From positions 1,888,001 through 1,952,000 of the forward strand of contig CAVTTL010000001.1 in assembly GCA_963737635.1 (NCBI GenBank): DNA of 64,000 nt. The letters run 5' to 3'. The notes below the pieces were generated by a model, which did no database searches, was not told where the DNA came from, and saw only the letters and a program-made list of their open reading frames with translations. The DNA is from an uncultured Methanoregulaceae archaeon (lineage in GTDB: Archaea > Halobacteriota > Methanomicrobia > Methanomicrobiales > Methanospirillaceae). Every line of letters starts with the position of its first letter. Position 1 is the stretch's first letter. This document shows, in pieces, positions 10,573-22,095 of this stretch. The position numbers and the translations under genes were made by a program.

Positions 10573-10977
10573 TCACCCGAACAGAAGCCCTCCTGCCTCT
10601 TCTACGAACACTTCGATATCCTTTTTGATGAACCTCCCATGGATACGTTTCGGGAACTCCTCCCGCAGACGGTTGATGAGATCTATCGGATCGATTTTCA
10701 GGTCCATGCCTATTTTTTTGGCCTCCTCAACAATGAAAGGGGCCGAATCGAAGAGGTCAGATCCCTCGTTGAGGACGCAGAGAGGGCGGGCATCCAAGGT
10801 GTAAAAAAGATCCATGGTCTGTTTCGCACGCCGTACATTCTTTTTTGCCGATTTTTCTATGCTGCAGACGTTTGCTTTTGAGGTATGGAACATATCCGCT
10901 ATCTGCTGCTGTGTCATCCCGTTCTTCCGGTATCTCAGTACTTCCAGTTGCCGGTCGGTAAACAGACTTTCTCCCAT
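10573..10977 (-). CDS. tfx: Tfx-family DNA-binding protein
   Basis: FTDRQLEVLRYRKNGMTQQQIADMFHTSKANVCSIEKSA HTH plus Tfx-like C-terminus. Confidence 0.8.
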   Translation of the reverse strand: MGESLFTDRQLEVLRYRKNGMTQQQIADMFHTSKANVCSIEKSAKKNVRRAKQTMDLFYTLDARPLCVLNEGSDLFDSAPFIVEEAKKIGMDLKIDPIDLINRLREEFPKRIHGRFIKKDIEVFVEEAGGLLFG

Positions 10978-11071
10978 TAATTTTCACCTGAATATAAATT
11001 GATTATGTTGACACTAAATTAATATATGCGTGCTGACATGCTGGCGAAGTGTCCACGAAAATCAAAGAGAT

Positions 11072-11323
11072 TCACGATTGGTTATAATACCGAATCCCTT
11101 CGGCAGTGAGGAGGTAACTATTGCTTATCCCTTCAGGTGCCGGTTTTTCATTTACAATGAAACCGGATTTTAGTAATTCTTTCAGGTTTTCGACAAGATC
11201 CCTGACATCCATGTCGGAAAAAGTACCATGGATTGCGCCAATGGTGACAGGAACGGTACGGTCTCCCCCGCTTAATTCAACGATGGTTCGTAAAACCTTT
11301 TCCTGTTCGCTGGATAGTATCAT
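11072..11323 (-). CDS. Small winged-helix-like protein
   Basis: 83 aa; LKELLKSGFI...YLLTAEG wing motif. Confidence 0.6.
   Translation of the reverse strand: MILSSEQEKVLRTIVELSGGDRTVPVTIGAIHGTFSDMDVRDLVENLKELLKSGFIVNEKPAPEGISNSYLLTAEGIRYYNQS
11175..11305. repeat. Direct repeat copy 1 (~130 bp; copy 2 at ~12097-12227)
   Basis: Shared blocks such as gtaccatggattgcgccaatggtgacaggaacggt and gcttaattcaacgatggttcgtaaaacc. Confidence 0.85.
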
Positions 11324-11372
11324 AATGCACGTTCTTTCCTTCGCTATCGGTTGTAACAGAGATACATTCCGG

Positions 11373-11810
11373 TTATCCTTGCAGGAACGGGTTCTTCACG
11401 ACCAGTCCGGCGATTTTTGAGAAATGGGCATCTTCAGACCAGATCGTATCTATCCCCTGTTCCTGCATGGTTGCAACAAGGAGAGCGTCCCAGAAATGAA
11501 TGTGAGCGGCCCGGGAAATCCCGATCGCCCGGGTCACCGTACCGGCATCGTAGCGGACGACCGTCCAGCCGTCAAATGCGATGATGTCCTCGATGAACCG
11601 GGTAATAATATCATCCGGCAGCGGGTTTTCCATCTTTTCTCTTGTTACCACGGCAAATTCAGCAAGGTTTTGGACCGAGACTACGAGCGTTTCCTCGTTT
11701 TGGAAAACCCGTTCCAGAAGTCTGCGTGCTGCCGCCCGCTTGTCGGGTTCGCTGATATCGAACGCGTAGCAGAGGATATTCGTATCCACGAGCGCGGGTT
11801 TACCGGTCAT
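11373..11810 (-). CDS. vapC: PIN-domain (VapC) toxin
   Basis: LVDTNILCYA, QNLAEF, FWDALLVATM, WSED. Confidence 0.9.
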   Translation of the reverse strand: MTGKPALVDTNILCYAFDISEPDKRAAARRLLERVFQNEETLVVSVQNLAEFAVVTREKMENPLPDDIITRFIEDIIAFDGWTVVRYDAGTVTRAIGISRAAHIHFWDALLVATMQEQGIDTIWSEDAHFSKIAGLVVKNPFLQG

Positions 11811-12039
11811 AGAGATCCTTTCGTTGAGAATAGCGACGTTTCCCAAAATTGTGCCCGGTATCCAGGAGGGCTAGGGCATCCTGCGCGATCTCTTCCTGCG
11901 TCTCGTGATGCATCCAGAATTCAAGAGCCTGCGTAGTGGCTTCCCCAAGAGATCCTTTTCTCCCGCCCATTTTTTTCCGGACGAGTTTCCGGAATTTTTC
12001 TTCAGTGGAGTTCTCGATGGTGAGAGTAATGGTGCCCAT
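11800..12039 (-). CDS. Ribbon-helix-helix-type antitoxin
   Basis: MGTITLTIENSTEEKFRKLV...KGSLGEA; overlaps vapC. Confidence 0.75.
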   Translation of the reverse strand: MGTITLTIENSTEEKFRKLVRKKMGGRKGSLGEATTQALEFWMHHETQEEIAQDALALLDTGHNFGKRRYSQRKDLYDR

Positions 12040-12077
12040 AGTATTACGTAGATTTTTTAATTATTTAAATAATTGGT

Positions 12078-12248
12078 TTATCCACGTATATTCATTAATT
12101 CTTTCAGGTGTCCGACGAGATCCCTGACATCCATATTTGAGAATGTACCATGGATTGCGCCAATGGTGACAGGAACGGTGCGGCCTCCTTTGCTTAATTC
12201 AACGATGGTTCGTAAAACCCTTTCCTGATCCATGGTCAATCTCATACA
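12078..12248 (-). pseudogene. Truncated duplicate of the 11072-11323 wHTH gene (direct repeat copy 2)
   Basis: QERVLRTIVELSKGGRTVPVTIGAIHGTFSNMDVRDLV is near-identical; C-terminus lost. Confidence 0.75.
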
Positions 12249-12342
12249 TATCACCGGGTGCCGGCTGCTCACTGCTCCCCGTTATCAGGAGACGGATTAT
12301 TGACGTCCTTCGCTGTTGTATGCCAGATGATCAGCGTAAACG

Positions 12343-12543
12343 TCAATCCTTAATCTCCGAGAGTGATACATAGTCCTCTTTTTTCCGGCGGCTCCACTGC
12401 TCCCTATCTTTCTCAAGCCGGTACTTTTTCCGGTCCTCGATCATATCTGCCAAGAGATCTGTGTACGTCTGGCCTGCCGAACGCATCTCCGATACCTCTC
12501 TCCATGCCGGTTCTGTTACCGGGGTCCGCTTTACCGCCACCAT
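12343..12543 (-). CDS. Putative antitoxin (same family as 22511-22717); partner toxin apparently truncated
   Basis: KRTPVTEPAW..GQTYTDLL..YVSLSEIKD versus KRIPVCPSTW..GQTFDDVI..YVPLSEIKA; followed by an overlapping short TTG-TFTLII fragment. Confidence 0.65.
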   Translation of the reverse strand: MVAVKRTPVTEPAWREVSEMRSAGQTYTDLLADMIEDRKKYRLEKDREQWSRRKKEDYVSLSEIKD

Positions 12544-12876
12544 GATCGTATTGTAAGCAAGCAAATATGAATAATTTTAGCTCACCACATCCGGATTGTG
12601 AAAGCACATGCCTTCACTTCCACGATCACCCGCGAAAAGTTGTCCGGATACTCAAAAAAGAAACGATTCGTTCTCTCCCGCAATTAATAAATATTTTAAA
12701 GAGGACATATCTCCCAATATTCATCCCTACCCCTCTATACCTGTTCAGGCTGAATGCACCGGAAATCTGGTTTTGAGAACCTTCGGCCCACAATGTCATT
12801 AAAAATTTTAATACTATGATAATTTTTGAACGGGTAATTATACTAACTCATAGCGTACATTCGAATTTGTTAACGT

Positions 12877-12897
12877 TTTGCTATAGTTAATAGCAAA
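12877..12897. promoter_or_regulatory. Inverted repeat, candidate operator upstream of 12956
   Basis: tttgctat-agtta-atagcaaa (8-bp arms, 5-bp spacer) in an AT-rich promoter region. Confidence 0.35.
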
Positions 12898-12955
12898 TAG
12901 TTGACACATGCAGAGCGGAGCTCTGCGTGGAAAATGACAAAATGAGGTAAAGAGT

Positions 12956-13912
12956 ATGAAAACAGAAAACGTGAAAAGAAACAGACTATGGGCGATGGCC
13001 GCAATGGTCGTCGTCCTGTTTGTCGCGCTGGCAGCAATGCCGGTGGCGGCACAAGATGCAAACCCGTTGAATCCTCAGAATATCCTGAATATTCCCGTAA
13101 TCAATAAACAGCGGGTCAGCATAAACGAGACAACTGCTCCGGGCACATACTTCTTCGATATAGGGAATAACCTTACCAACGGCGGGCAGAATGCTGTTCA
13201 CGTCACCGATACCAATGCAACACCCAATGGTATCTTTCACAACAGCAGTATCCTGAACCCAAGTGACGTCGACATGCTGAACGGGTCGTTCTATATCTCC
13301 GATACCGGAGGGAAAGGTTACGAGGACGAGGCGATCCTTCTCATTGCAGCGAGCGATGTGGACCCCGATACCTTCTCGATCCATATCAAATCCGAGGGCT
13401 ACAAATTTACCGATCACGCACCCAACTCGCCACCCATTTATCCGAATCAAACAGGAACATTTAACCCCGATGCCTATGAAAATACATTCCACCTGAGTGA
13501 TGCCATAAACGGCAACTCTGATGGCGCAAATCCTCCAGATGCAGCATTGCAGAACTGGAAATGGTCGACATCATCCAGCGACAACGTTAACGAAAAGTTG
13601 TTCTACGAAGAGAATCTGGGATCGGAAGACGATTATAACATGATCCTGGCCGATCTCAACACCAGCATTGTGGGCACCGCGGCCCCCACCGGAGGTGGCA
13701 ATGCATCCTACCGGAATCTCCTGACATACAACGGTAACCCGAAGATCACGTACAATATCACCGGACTCGGGGACACTGGGCGGGTAGCCTTTATACCCTA
13801 TGCCTATGTTGCTTACCAGACGGGAGGCGGAAGCTACTTTAACGAGACGGTTGGCTGGACAGACCGGGCATCGGGAGATTACTGGGTCGTGAACGCCACA
13901 CCACTCGTATAG
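12956..13912 (+). CDS. Secreted protein consisting of a single copy of the unnamed domain
   Basis: Signal peptide; GTYFF, GGQNAVHV, GSFYISDTGGKGYEDEAILLIA, FSIHIKSEGY, QNWKW, MILADL, GWTDR. Confidence 0.8.
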   Translation: MKTENVKRNRLWAMAAMVVVLFVALAAMPVAAQDANPLNPQNILNIPVINKQRVSINETTAPGTYFFDIGNNLTNGGQNAVHVTDTNATPNGIFHNSSILNPSDVDMLNGSFYISDTGGKGYEDEAILLIAASDVDPDTFSIHIKSEGYKFTDHAPNSPPIYPNQTGTFNPDAYENTFHLSDAINGNSDGANPPDAALQNWKWSTSSSDNVNEKLFYEENLGSEDDYNMILADLNTSIVGTAAPTGGGNASYRNLLTYNGNPKITYNITGLGDTGRVAFIPYAYVAYQTGGGSYFNETVGWTDRASGDYWVVNATPLV

Positions 13913-14264
13913 AAATACAAGGAGATCCCTCCAATTGCGTATCATCCCGCCATATCCCGGGAAAATCTCTCTTTTTTCCCCGGAAACCGGGCCAATAACC
14001 TACCTGAAAAGATTTTGCCTGATTTCTTTCTTCGAAGAGTGAAACCTGAGCGGAACATTCCTCTTCCAATCATGCTCTCTCATTCTTTGAACTTTTTTTT
14101 AACCTCATCCACCTTGAACGCATTCTGCACTGATTATCCGAGGAGAGAAAACGTCCCCAACCTACTGTGTGTCACTCTGGCCCCGCTGGATAACAAAAAC
14201 CATTACATTCAGGCAAAAGTAAATAAAAATATTTTTACGATCTGGTGGTGATAGTACATAGTTT

Positions 14265-17200
14265 ATGCAGGTCATCCGCCGTTTCCCTCCTCTGTCCCTC
14301 ATCTTGGTCATTCTGGGTATTCTTGTTCTTCTGGTATCTCCAGTTGCAGCGGGGCTCATATTGCCAACTGATAACAGCAACGTGAACCAGAACTCGATTC
14401 ACGAAAAGATGCTCCAGCTGCCGCTCTCGTTCATCCAGAATGCGGGACAGGCACCGGGTGCAGTGAAATACTCCGTGCAGGCCGAAGGCAACACAATCTC
14501 GTTCACGCCGAATAAGATTGTCCTCATCGCATCGGGCGAGAAGAACTATGCCGCGGCCAACTCGCAGGTCACCATGACCTTCCCCGGCGCAAACACCGCG
14601 CCTACGATAACGGGACTCGACCGGCTTACCGGCAACGCGAACTATTTTGTCGGCAACGACAAATCGCAGTGGCGCACGGATGTCCCGACCTATGGGGCCA
14701 TCCAGTACACGAGCCTGTACCCGGGCATCGATCTCCAGTACAAGGGAACGGAAGGCAACCTGAAGCGCCAGTTCGTGGTGGCGCCCGGCGCGGATCCATC
14801 CCACATCGTGATGGCCTATGACGGGATCCAGTCCATGAGTATCTCACCTGACGGCTCGCTGGAGCTGACCACTTCTTTAGGAGTGCTTACTGACCAGGCA
14901 CCGGTTGCGTACCAGGAAATAAACGGGGTCAACGTCCCGGTCACGGCAGGATACCAGATCGTGGGAGACAACAAGGTCAGGTTCACGCTCGGGAACTATA
15001 ATCCGGAATACCCGCTCGTCATCGACCCGTGGCTGAGTTATTCGACATACCTAACTGGATCCGCCACAAGTTCGCAGTTGTATGGGGTAGCCCACGATAC
15101 TGAAGGGAACATTGTTGTTGCCGGGTATGCAGTTGCCGGTTATCCCACGACGTTGGGTGCATATCAGATTGCCAATGCTGGTGGTTCGGATATAATTGTC
15201 ACGAAGATTACTCCTGATGGATCAGGTATTCTCTTTTCCACCTTTATCGGAGGGTCCAGTACAGAGACGTGTTACGGGATGGCGCTTGATCCTTCAGGAA
15301 ATATCTATGTCACCGGCTCGACGAAATCCAGCAATTTCCCTCATGTGAATGCTTTCCAGCCCTCAGAAAATGGAACAACGCAGGATGCCTTTGTCACAAA
15401 ATTGGCCCCAACAGGAAATTTTCTTGTTTATTCCACATATCTGGGTGGCTCGTCGACTTACGATGCCGGGTACGGCATTGCTGCAGATGCTGCGGGAAAC
15501 GCCTACGTAACCGGGGAAACAACGAGTGGTTTTCCGGCTGTGAACGCTTCACAAGGCGCAGGGGGCAGTTACGATGCATTTGTGGCAAAGTTCAATCCTA
15601 CCGGGGGAGTGGTCTATTCGACTAATCTTGGGGGATCGGGTACCGAAGACTTCGAATCCACGGTATGCCGTAGTAGCTGATTCGGCGGGGAATGCGTATG
15701 TTGTCGGAAGTACCCAATCGACCAACTTCCCGGTAACAGCCGGTGCCTACCAGACGACTTTTAGCGGCGGCACTAGTGGGGATGGCTATCTTGTAAAATA
15801 CGATCCGGTAGGAACAAAACTCTATGCCACCTTTATCGGAGGTAGCGCACGGGTATATATCCAGTCGCTGGCAATTGACTCCGCCGGATCGCTCTATATC
15901 AGCGGAGAGACGACAGGTCAGATCAACACAACATTGGGTGCAATGAATCCAACGTATCTGTCTGGTGATACGGCGGAAGGCTTTTTAATGAAGATGAATG
16001 CCTCCCTCGAATCGCTGGATTACTCGACCCTCTATGATCAGCAGGCCGGCTCCTATGCGGACGATGGGGGACAAAGCATTGCCGTGGATTCATCAGGAGA
16101 CGCATACGTCGCGGGGTATACCGGTAAAACGGCATTCCCGGTAATTAACTGCAATTTCGGACTTACCGGAACCGGAAGCACCTCGAACTTTGCCGGATAT
16201 GTATTCAAGATGAATCCCACGGGCTCCGCATTCCTCTGGTCATCCTATCTGGGGGGCAGCAGCACAAAACCCGAAGGGATCACGATTGACGGGATGGGTA
16301 ATGTCACCATTGCCCGGCTTTACCACATCGTCATCATTCCCGCTGGTCAACGCACTTAATGCGACATACACCGGTGGCACTTCCAACAACGGGTTCATCT
16401 CCACGGTAACGGAAACTACTCCCGCGGTAGGTTTTACCGCCACGAATCTCTCCGGCCCCGCTCCTCTTACCGTGTCCTTCACGAACAGCGTGGTTGATCC
16501 GGCAAATTCGTGGAACTGGGACTTCGGGGATGGCGCCACCTCAACCAGCCAGAGCCCGGTCCATATCTACACCAATGCCACACCTGCCAACTACACCGTC
16601 TCCCTTACGGGGACGAACTCTTATGGCAGCCATACGGTTACAATGACCAATTATATCCAGATAACTCCACCTCTACCGGTTGTCAGTTTCACCGCGAACA
16701 GGACCTATGTTGAGGCTCCCGGTACAGTCCAGTTCAATGACACCTCAACCGGATCCCCCACCTCATGGCTCTGGAATTTCGGGGACGGCACCAACTCCAC
16801 CTTGCAGAATACTACACATACTTACAATAACCTGGGAACGTACAACGTCTCGTTTAAGGCAAGCAATGTCGGTGGGTCCAACACGACCAACATGACGATC
16901 ACCGTCCTGGACACTCCTTCCCAGCCGATCTCCGCGTCCGATTACGTCAATGTATACGTGGCAAATACTGAAGGTGTGAAATACGACGTGCCCAACGGTG
17001 TTTCGGCATCAAACGCAACCTATCCCTACGAACCGAATACGTACTACCTCGACCTCGAGGGCGGCCTCAACCCGTTCCACATGTCGTCGCTGAGCAATGG
17101 GATGTCAGCGGCAGACACCAACATCACCACGAGCCAGTCCGGCTCGTTCTGGATCACGTTCAACGGCGGCCAGACGACGATGCCGGACGCGATCCTGATG

Positions 17201-20200
17201 CTGGCGGTCAATGGGAGTATCCCGAACGACTTCGCGGTCAATATTCAGTCAAGCGGTCAGACCTTTGATGTGGGAACCCCGTCAACCACGAACCAGTACC
17301 AGAGTGGACCGCCGGCAGTCTCGACTTTTGTGCCGGTAGGCATCAACGAGTCCTTCAACAAGAGCGATTTTATCTACGGCCCCCAGGGCTGGAAACCCTG
17401 CAGCACCTCCGGCTACCCCCTGAATCCTGCCAATACGAACATTAACGATCCCACCAACCAGTTCCGGATCATGTTCATCGATCTCCGGGTAGGGGCGATC
17501 CAGAACTCATCCCTGCCGGACAACGGCATGATCCAGGTCCAGTACAACTTCACGAACCTCACCAGCACCGCGGTCTTCAACGGCTATGGCTGGTACATGC
17601 AATGCAACCATGGGACCGGCGCGCCCATGACCAACGCGATCCCGGGCGGCGGCGGCGTGATCGTCTATGGCATCGCAGCACCGCCGGTCGCAAGTTTCAC
17701 GGCGAACACCACGGCCGCATATGCCCTCGCCGGGATCCAGTTCACAGACACATCGACCAACATCCCGCAATCATGGCTGTGGAACTTCGGGGACGGGACT
17801 AACTCCACCCAACAGAACCCGGTCCACGCGTACAGCAGCGCAGGTGTCTATAACGTGTCACTCACCGTATCAAACTTCCTGGGTAACAACACCGCGACGC
17901 AGACCAATTACATCACGGTGACCATTCCCCCGGCGCCGGTCGCCGGGTTTACTGCAAGTGCAACCACCGGGCCCGCACCCTTAACCGTCCAGTTCAGCGA
18001 TACATCGACAAATTACCCGATATCGTGGCTCTGGAACTTTGGGGACGGTACCACCTCGACCAGCGAAAACCCCTCGCACACGTATACGACGACCGGAAAT
18101 TTCCCGGTAAGCCTCACTATAATGAACGCCGGGGGGAACAGCAGCATCCAGATGCCGGGAGGCATCACGGTGTATACCTCCGGGGCACCCATTGCGAGCT
18201 TCACGGCGACCCCGGTGAACGGTGTCGCACCGCTTGCCGTCCAGTTCCTCGATACCTCAACCGGTTCCCCGACATCATGGTTGTGGAACTTCGGGGATGG
18301 CACTACCTCGACCAGCGAGAATCCCTCGCATACCTACACCTCAGCAGGCACGTACACGGTCAATCTTACTGCAACCAACAGCGCGGGAAGCACCAGTCTC
18401 ACCCGGACCGGGCTCGTGTACGCCGCTGCATCGACCGGCGCTCTTCCGACCTACAGTGGTATCTATATCCGGGCCGCGAACCATGAGGGCATCCTCTATA
18501 ATACCAACAGCAACGGGACGTATTACGCCAATTCCGGTTCGTCAGGAGGAGGCCTGAATGTAATCCACGTATCGACGGACCCGACAGTGAACACCGGCCA
18601 GGTCACCGTCTCCCGGAGCCTGTCCGGGACCATCTATGCCACCAGTTCCGGGACCTATGCCGATGATGCAATTCTCATGCTTGCGGTCAACGGGACCATC
18701 CCCAATGACTTCTCGGCTCACATTACCACCAGCGGGTACATCTGGACACCCGCGGGTTCGACACCGGCATCCGGGAGCATCACGTACCAGTCGCCGGCCT
18801 TAAGCGAGACCTTTACGAAGAACGACCTCTTCTATGGACCCCAGAACTGGAAACCCACAGAGGGCAATGCGAACTACCCGCTCTTCTCTGGCGAGGACAT
18901 GAACAGTTCGGCAAACCAGTACCAGCTCGCGTTCATTGACCTCAGGGCCGGCATCCCGGGGACCAGTTATCCCGGCTATTCCAGCCTCACGAACCAGGGC
19001 GCAGTGCGGATCGACTACCGTTTCAATGACCTGCCCAGCTTTGCAGCCTTCAACATCTATGGATGGAAGAGCGGTACGGGCATGGGCTGGACCAACCAGC
19101 TGCACCGGTACCGGGAGCAGCGGGTACTCGGTCATCACACCCACAATCACGATACCCCCGGTCGCCGGGTTCACCGTGAGCCAGTCAACAGGCCTTGCGC
19201 CAGTCAACATCCAGTTCACAGACAGCTCGGCGAATACCCCCACAAGCTGGCTGTGGAACTTCGGCGACGGTAGTACATCGACTGTCGAGAACCCGGTCCA
19301 CACTTTCAACTCATCCGGTACCTACACCGTTTCATTGACGGCAACAAACGCCGCCGGAAACTCTACGAGCACTCAGGCCGGTGAGGTCACGGTCAGCGCG
19401 CCGGTCGTGACCACCAACTGTTGCACGTTCACCGGTATCCAAACGATAACAGCCGGCAGTACCCAGAGCGTTATTGTCAATACAACCGGAACCACCACAA
19501 TCACTGCCGGGAACTTCATCAACATGACCGGCATGGGCGGCAGCTGGAGCAACCTCTCGATCGCACTCACAAGCCCGCCGGTAACCAGCGGGTCGAACCT
19601 GAGCGGCACCGTCAGCAGCGTCCAGGCGGTCACCCAGCCGGTAACGGTCCCGATCACCTCGCTGGGCAACCCGAACGTCTCCGTCTCCCTGAACCTTGCC
19701 CAGATCCCCGGGTCGACTGCCGCCATTACCAGTACCATCACGTCCGATCCCAATACCACGGTTCAGAGTAACTTCACGCTCGCTGCAACCGCTGCCAGCG
19801 ACCAGATCGTTGCCACTGCATACACGGTAACCTTCACCAAGTCCGGTATCGCAAATGCGGCAAACGGCGGGATCATCTCAAGCGCAACGATCACCATGGC
19901 AGCCAGTCCCACATGGGTGGCCGCAAACGGCGGTACCTCTGCGATGGTCATCATGCACCAGGCTGACGATGGCACGACAACCATTCTCACGACACAGTTT
20001 GCCGGCACCGATGCCAGCGGTAACGACGTCTTTACCGCGGTCTCGCCAACCGGTCTCTCGACTTTCATCCTGACCGCAATCTCGCCGCTCTCGTCGACAA
20101 GCACCGGGTTCACGTCCGGGTTCGGCTCCTCCGAATCGGGAGGGTCCCTGAATCCGACCTCGTTCACCCTGACTGCACCCGGTACCGGGCCCGGCCAGAC

Positions 20201-20935
20201 CATGAACTTTGCCGTTAACGAAGCTCTCAACGGCAACCTGAACTACGGCATCAGCGCCGTTTCGATCGTCCCGTCCAAGGCTCTCGGCTCGACGCAACTG
20301 AATGTGGGTGACGCAGGGATGGCCATCGCATCGGCGCTTACCGGCCGGCAGATTGCCGGTGTGGTATCGATTGAACCGGTCGGGGTCAACCCATCATCCA
20401 TCGATCACGGCACCATCACGTTCGCACTGAACGGTGCCTGGCTGACGACACACTCCCTGACACCGGCTGATATCGTGATGCTCCGGGATGTGAACGGCCA
20501 GTGGACTGAACTCCCCACCAGTTTCTCGACCCAGAGCGGCAGTACTTATACCTTCACCGCGACAACACCGGGCTTCTCGTACTTCGCCATCGCAGGCCGG
20601 GTTCCCTCAGCGGCAGCCGCCACACCGGCTACAACCACGTCATCCCTCCAGTCTGCTGCTCCGGGATCAGCGTATACCGGTACCAACGACGACCTTCCTC
20701 TACCCGGTAAAAACACAACAGACGACCGCTATCCCGGTGGCCATGCAGGCGTCTTCAGTGACCGCAAAACCGGCTGCAACGACCGGGATGAATTCCCTGA
20801 TCATCATCGCCGGAGGAATCGCCGGGATAGCTCTGATCGCCGCCGGCATAGCGCTAATTGCCGCCGGCGGGCTTCTCGTCCGGCGCTGGTGGATCCGCCG
20901 GGCAGAACCCGGCCCTGTTCCGGAAATACGATTAA
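14265..20935 (+). CDS. Giant cell-surface protein (~2200 aa): SBBP beta-propeller + PKD repeats + 2 unnamed domains + PGF-pre-PGF + TM; split by frameshifts near 15650, 16310, 19100, 20690 and 20900
   Basis: LSFIQNAGQ, [10 protein letters not shown] and LVIDP.LSYSTYL; repeated DxxGNxYVxG blades; 6 PKD units; [13 protein letters not shown]; TM followed by [17 protein letters not shown]. Confidence 0.8.
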
Positions 20936-21120
20936 TTCTTTTTTTTAAATTTGTACTGCCGCTGCCCTGTCTAACCGTGCCAAACGGCAGGATTATCGCA
21001 AAGGAACCGATCAAAGGACTGCACTGCATCATTATGTTCCCAGAAAAATCAAACCATTTTTTTCCCCGACCGGCAGGATTATATCATGATCAGGAGAATC
21101 ATTAGTACTAAGAGTCTGAT

Positions 21121-21336
21121 ATGAGCCCATCTGTTACTGTGAATAAAGTGCTGGAAGAGATCGATCAGCTCGATATTGACGATCGTACCTATATCAATCA
21201 GATATTATCCTGCAGGCTTATTGAAACTGAACGGTCCCTGATCGCGGAACGGGCACGGGAAGCGGAGGATAATTATTCACGGGATCATGTGCGATCCGGT
21301 TCCGTGGACGACCTTTTGAGCGATCTGAATGATTAA
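21121..21336 (+). CDS. Putative antitoxin
   Basis: 71-aa acidic protein ending GSVDDLLSDLND; overlaps the RelE-like gene. Confidence 0.65.
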   Translation: MSPSVTVNKVLEEIDQLDIDDRTYINQILSCRLIETERSLIAERAREAEDNYSRDHVRSGSVDDLLSDLND

Positions 21337-21605
21337 CCTGGTATGGGATGAGAAATTCCGACGGATTTTTAAAAAATGGTGTGCACTGCATCCTGACCTC
21401 GTCCCCCTGTTTAGGGAAAGACTTGATTTTTTTGTTTCAGATTTTTTTCATCCCTCTCTCAGAGTACATTCATTAAAGCGGTGTTCTGCAAGGATTGTGG
21501 GCGATGAAGATAAATTATGATCAAAGACTTATTTTCAAATTTATGGATGAATCACATACAATTGTATTACTTATCGATATCGGGACGCACGATAAGGTTT
21601 ATTGA
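21329..21605 (+). CDS. RelE/YafQ-family toxin (frameshift near 21478)
   Basis: HPSLRVHSL-SGVLQGLWAMKINYDQRLIFKF...LIDIGTHDKVY. Confidence 0.75.
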
Positions 21606-21802
21606 GGCGACGTCCCCGAGGGGTTTCCCGCCATGAGATGACAGCGATAACTGGAAATATCTTTTTTTCCCGGATGGTGCCAGACGTCCTCCCTCTTTAT
21701 TAAAAAATCCTAAAACCCCGTTTGAAGATCCCGGCCCCATGCCGATGTATTAATAATCCGACCGGCATACCTCTCTGATGAAACGGATTGCCACGATCAT
21801 CC

Positions 21803-22095
21803 ATGAAAAAAATTGCTGCCATCAAAAAAATTCTCCGCGCCAACAAGGAGACACTCCGCAACCGGTACAAGGTTAAAAGGATCGGGCTCTTTGGCTCGTA
21901 CGTGAGGGGCGATACCCAGAGCGGCAGCGATGTGGACGTGCTCGTGGAATTTTCCGATACCATCAGCCTCCTCAAACGTGTCTCCCTTGAAAATTACCTC
22001 ACAACACTCATTGGCATCAAAGTCGATGTCGTACCCCGGGAAGATTCCGCAGGGAGCTTAAGGACGCCATCCTCAAAGAGGCGGTCTACCTGTGA
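21803..22095 (+). CDS. Minimal nucleotidyltransferase (MNT) antitoxin (frameshift near 22047)
   Basis: [11 protein letters not shown]...SDVDVLVEF; KVDVV. Confidence 0.85.

Noticed and set aside
16900-19140. Diversity-generating retroelement or cassette switching among the repeated domain copies
   Set aside because: Copies are highly diverged at DNA level, and there is no reverse transcriptase or template/variable repeat pair.
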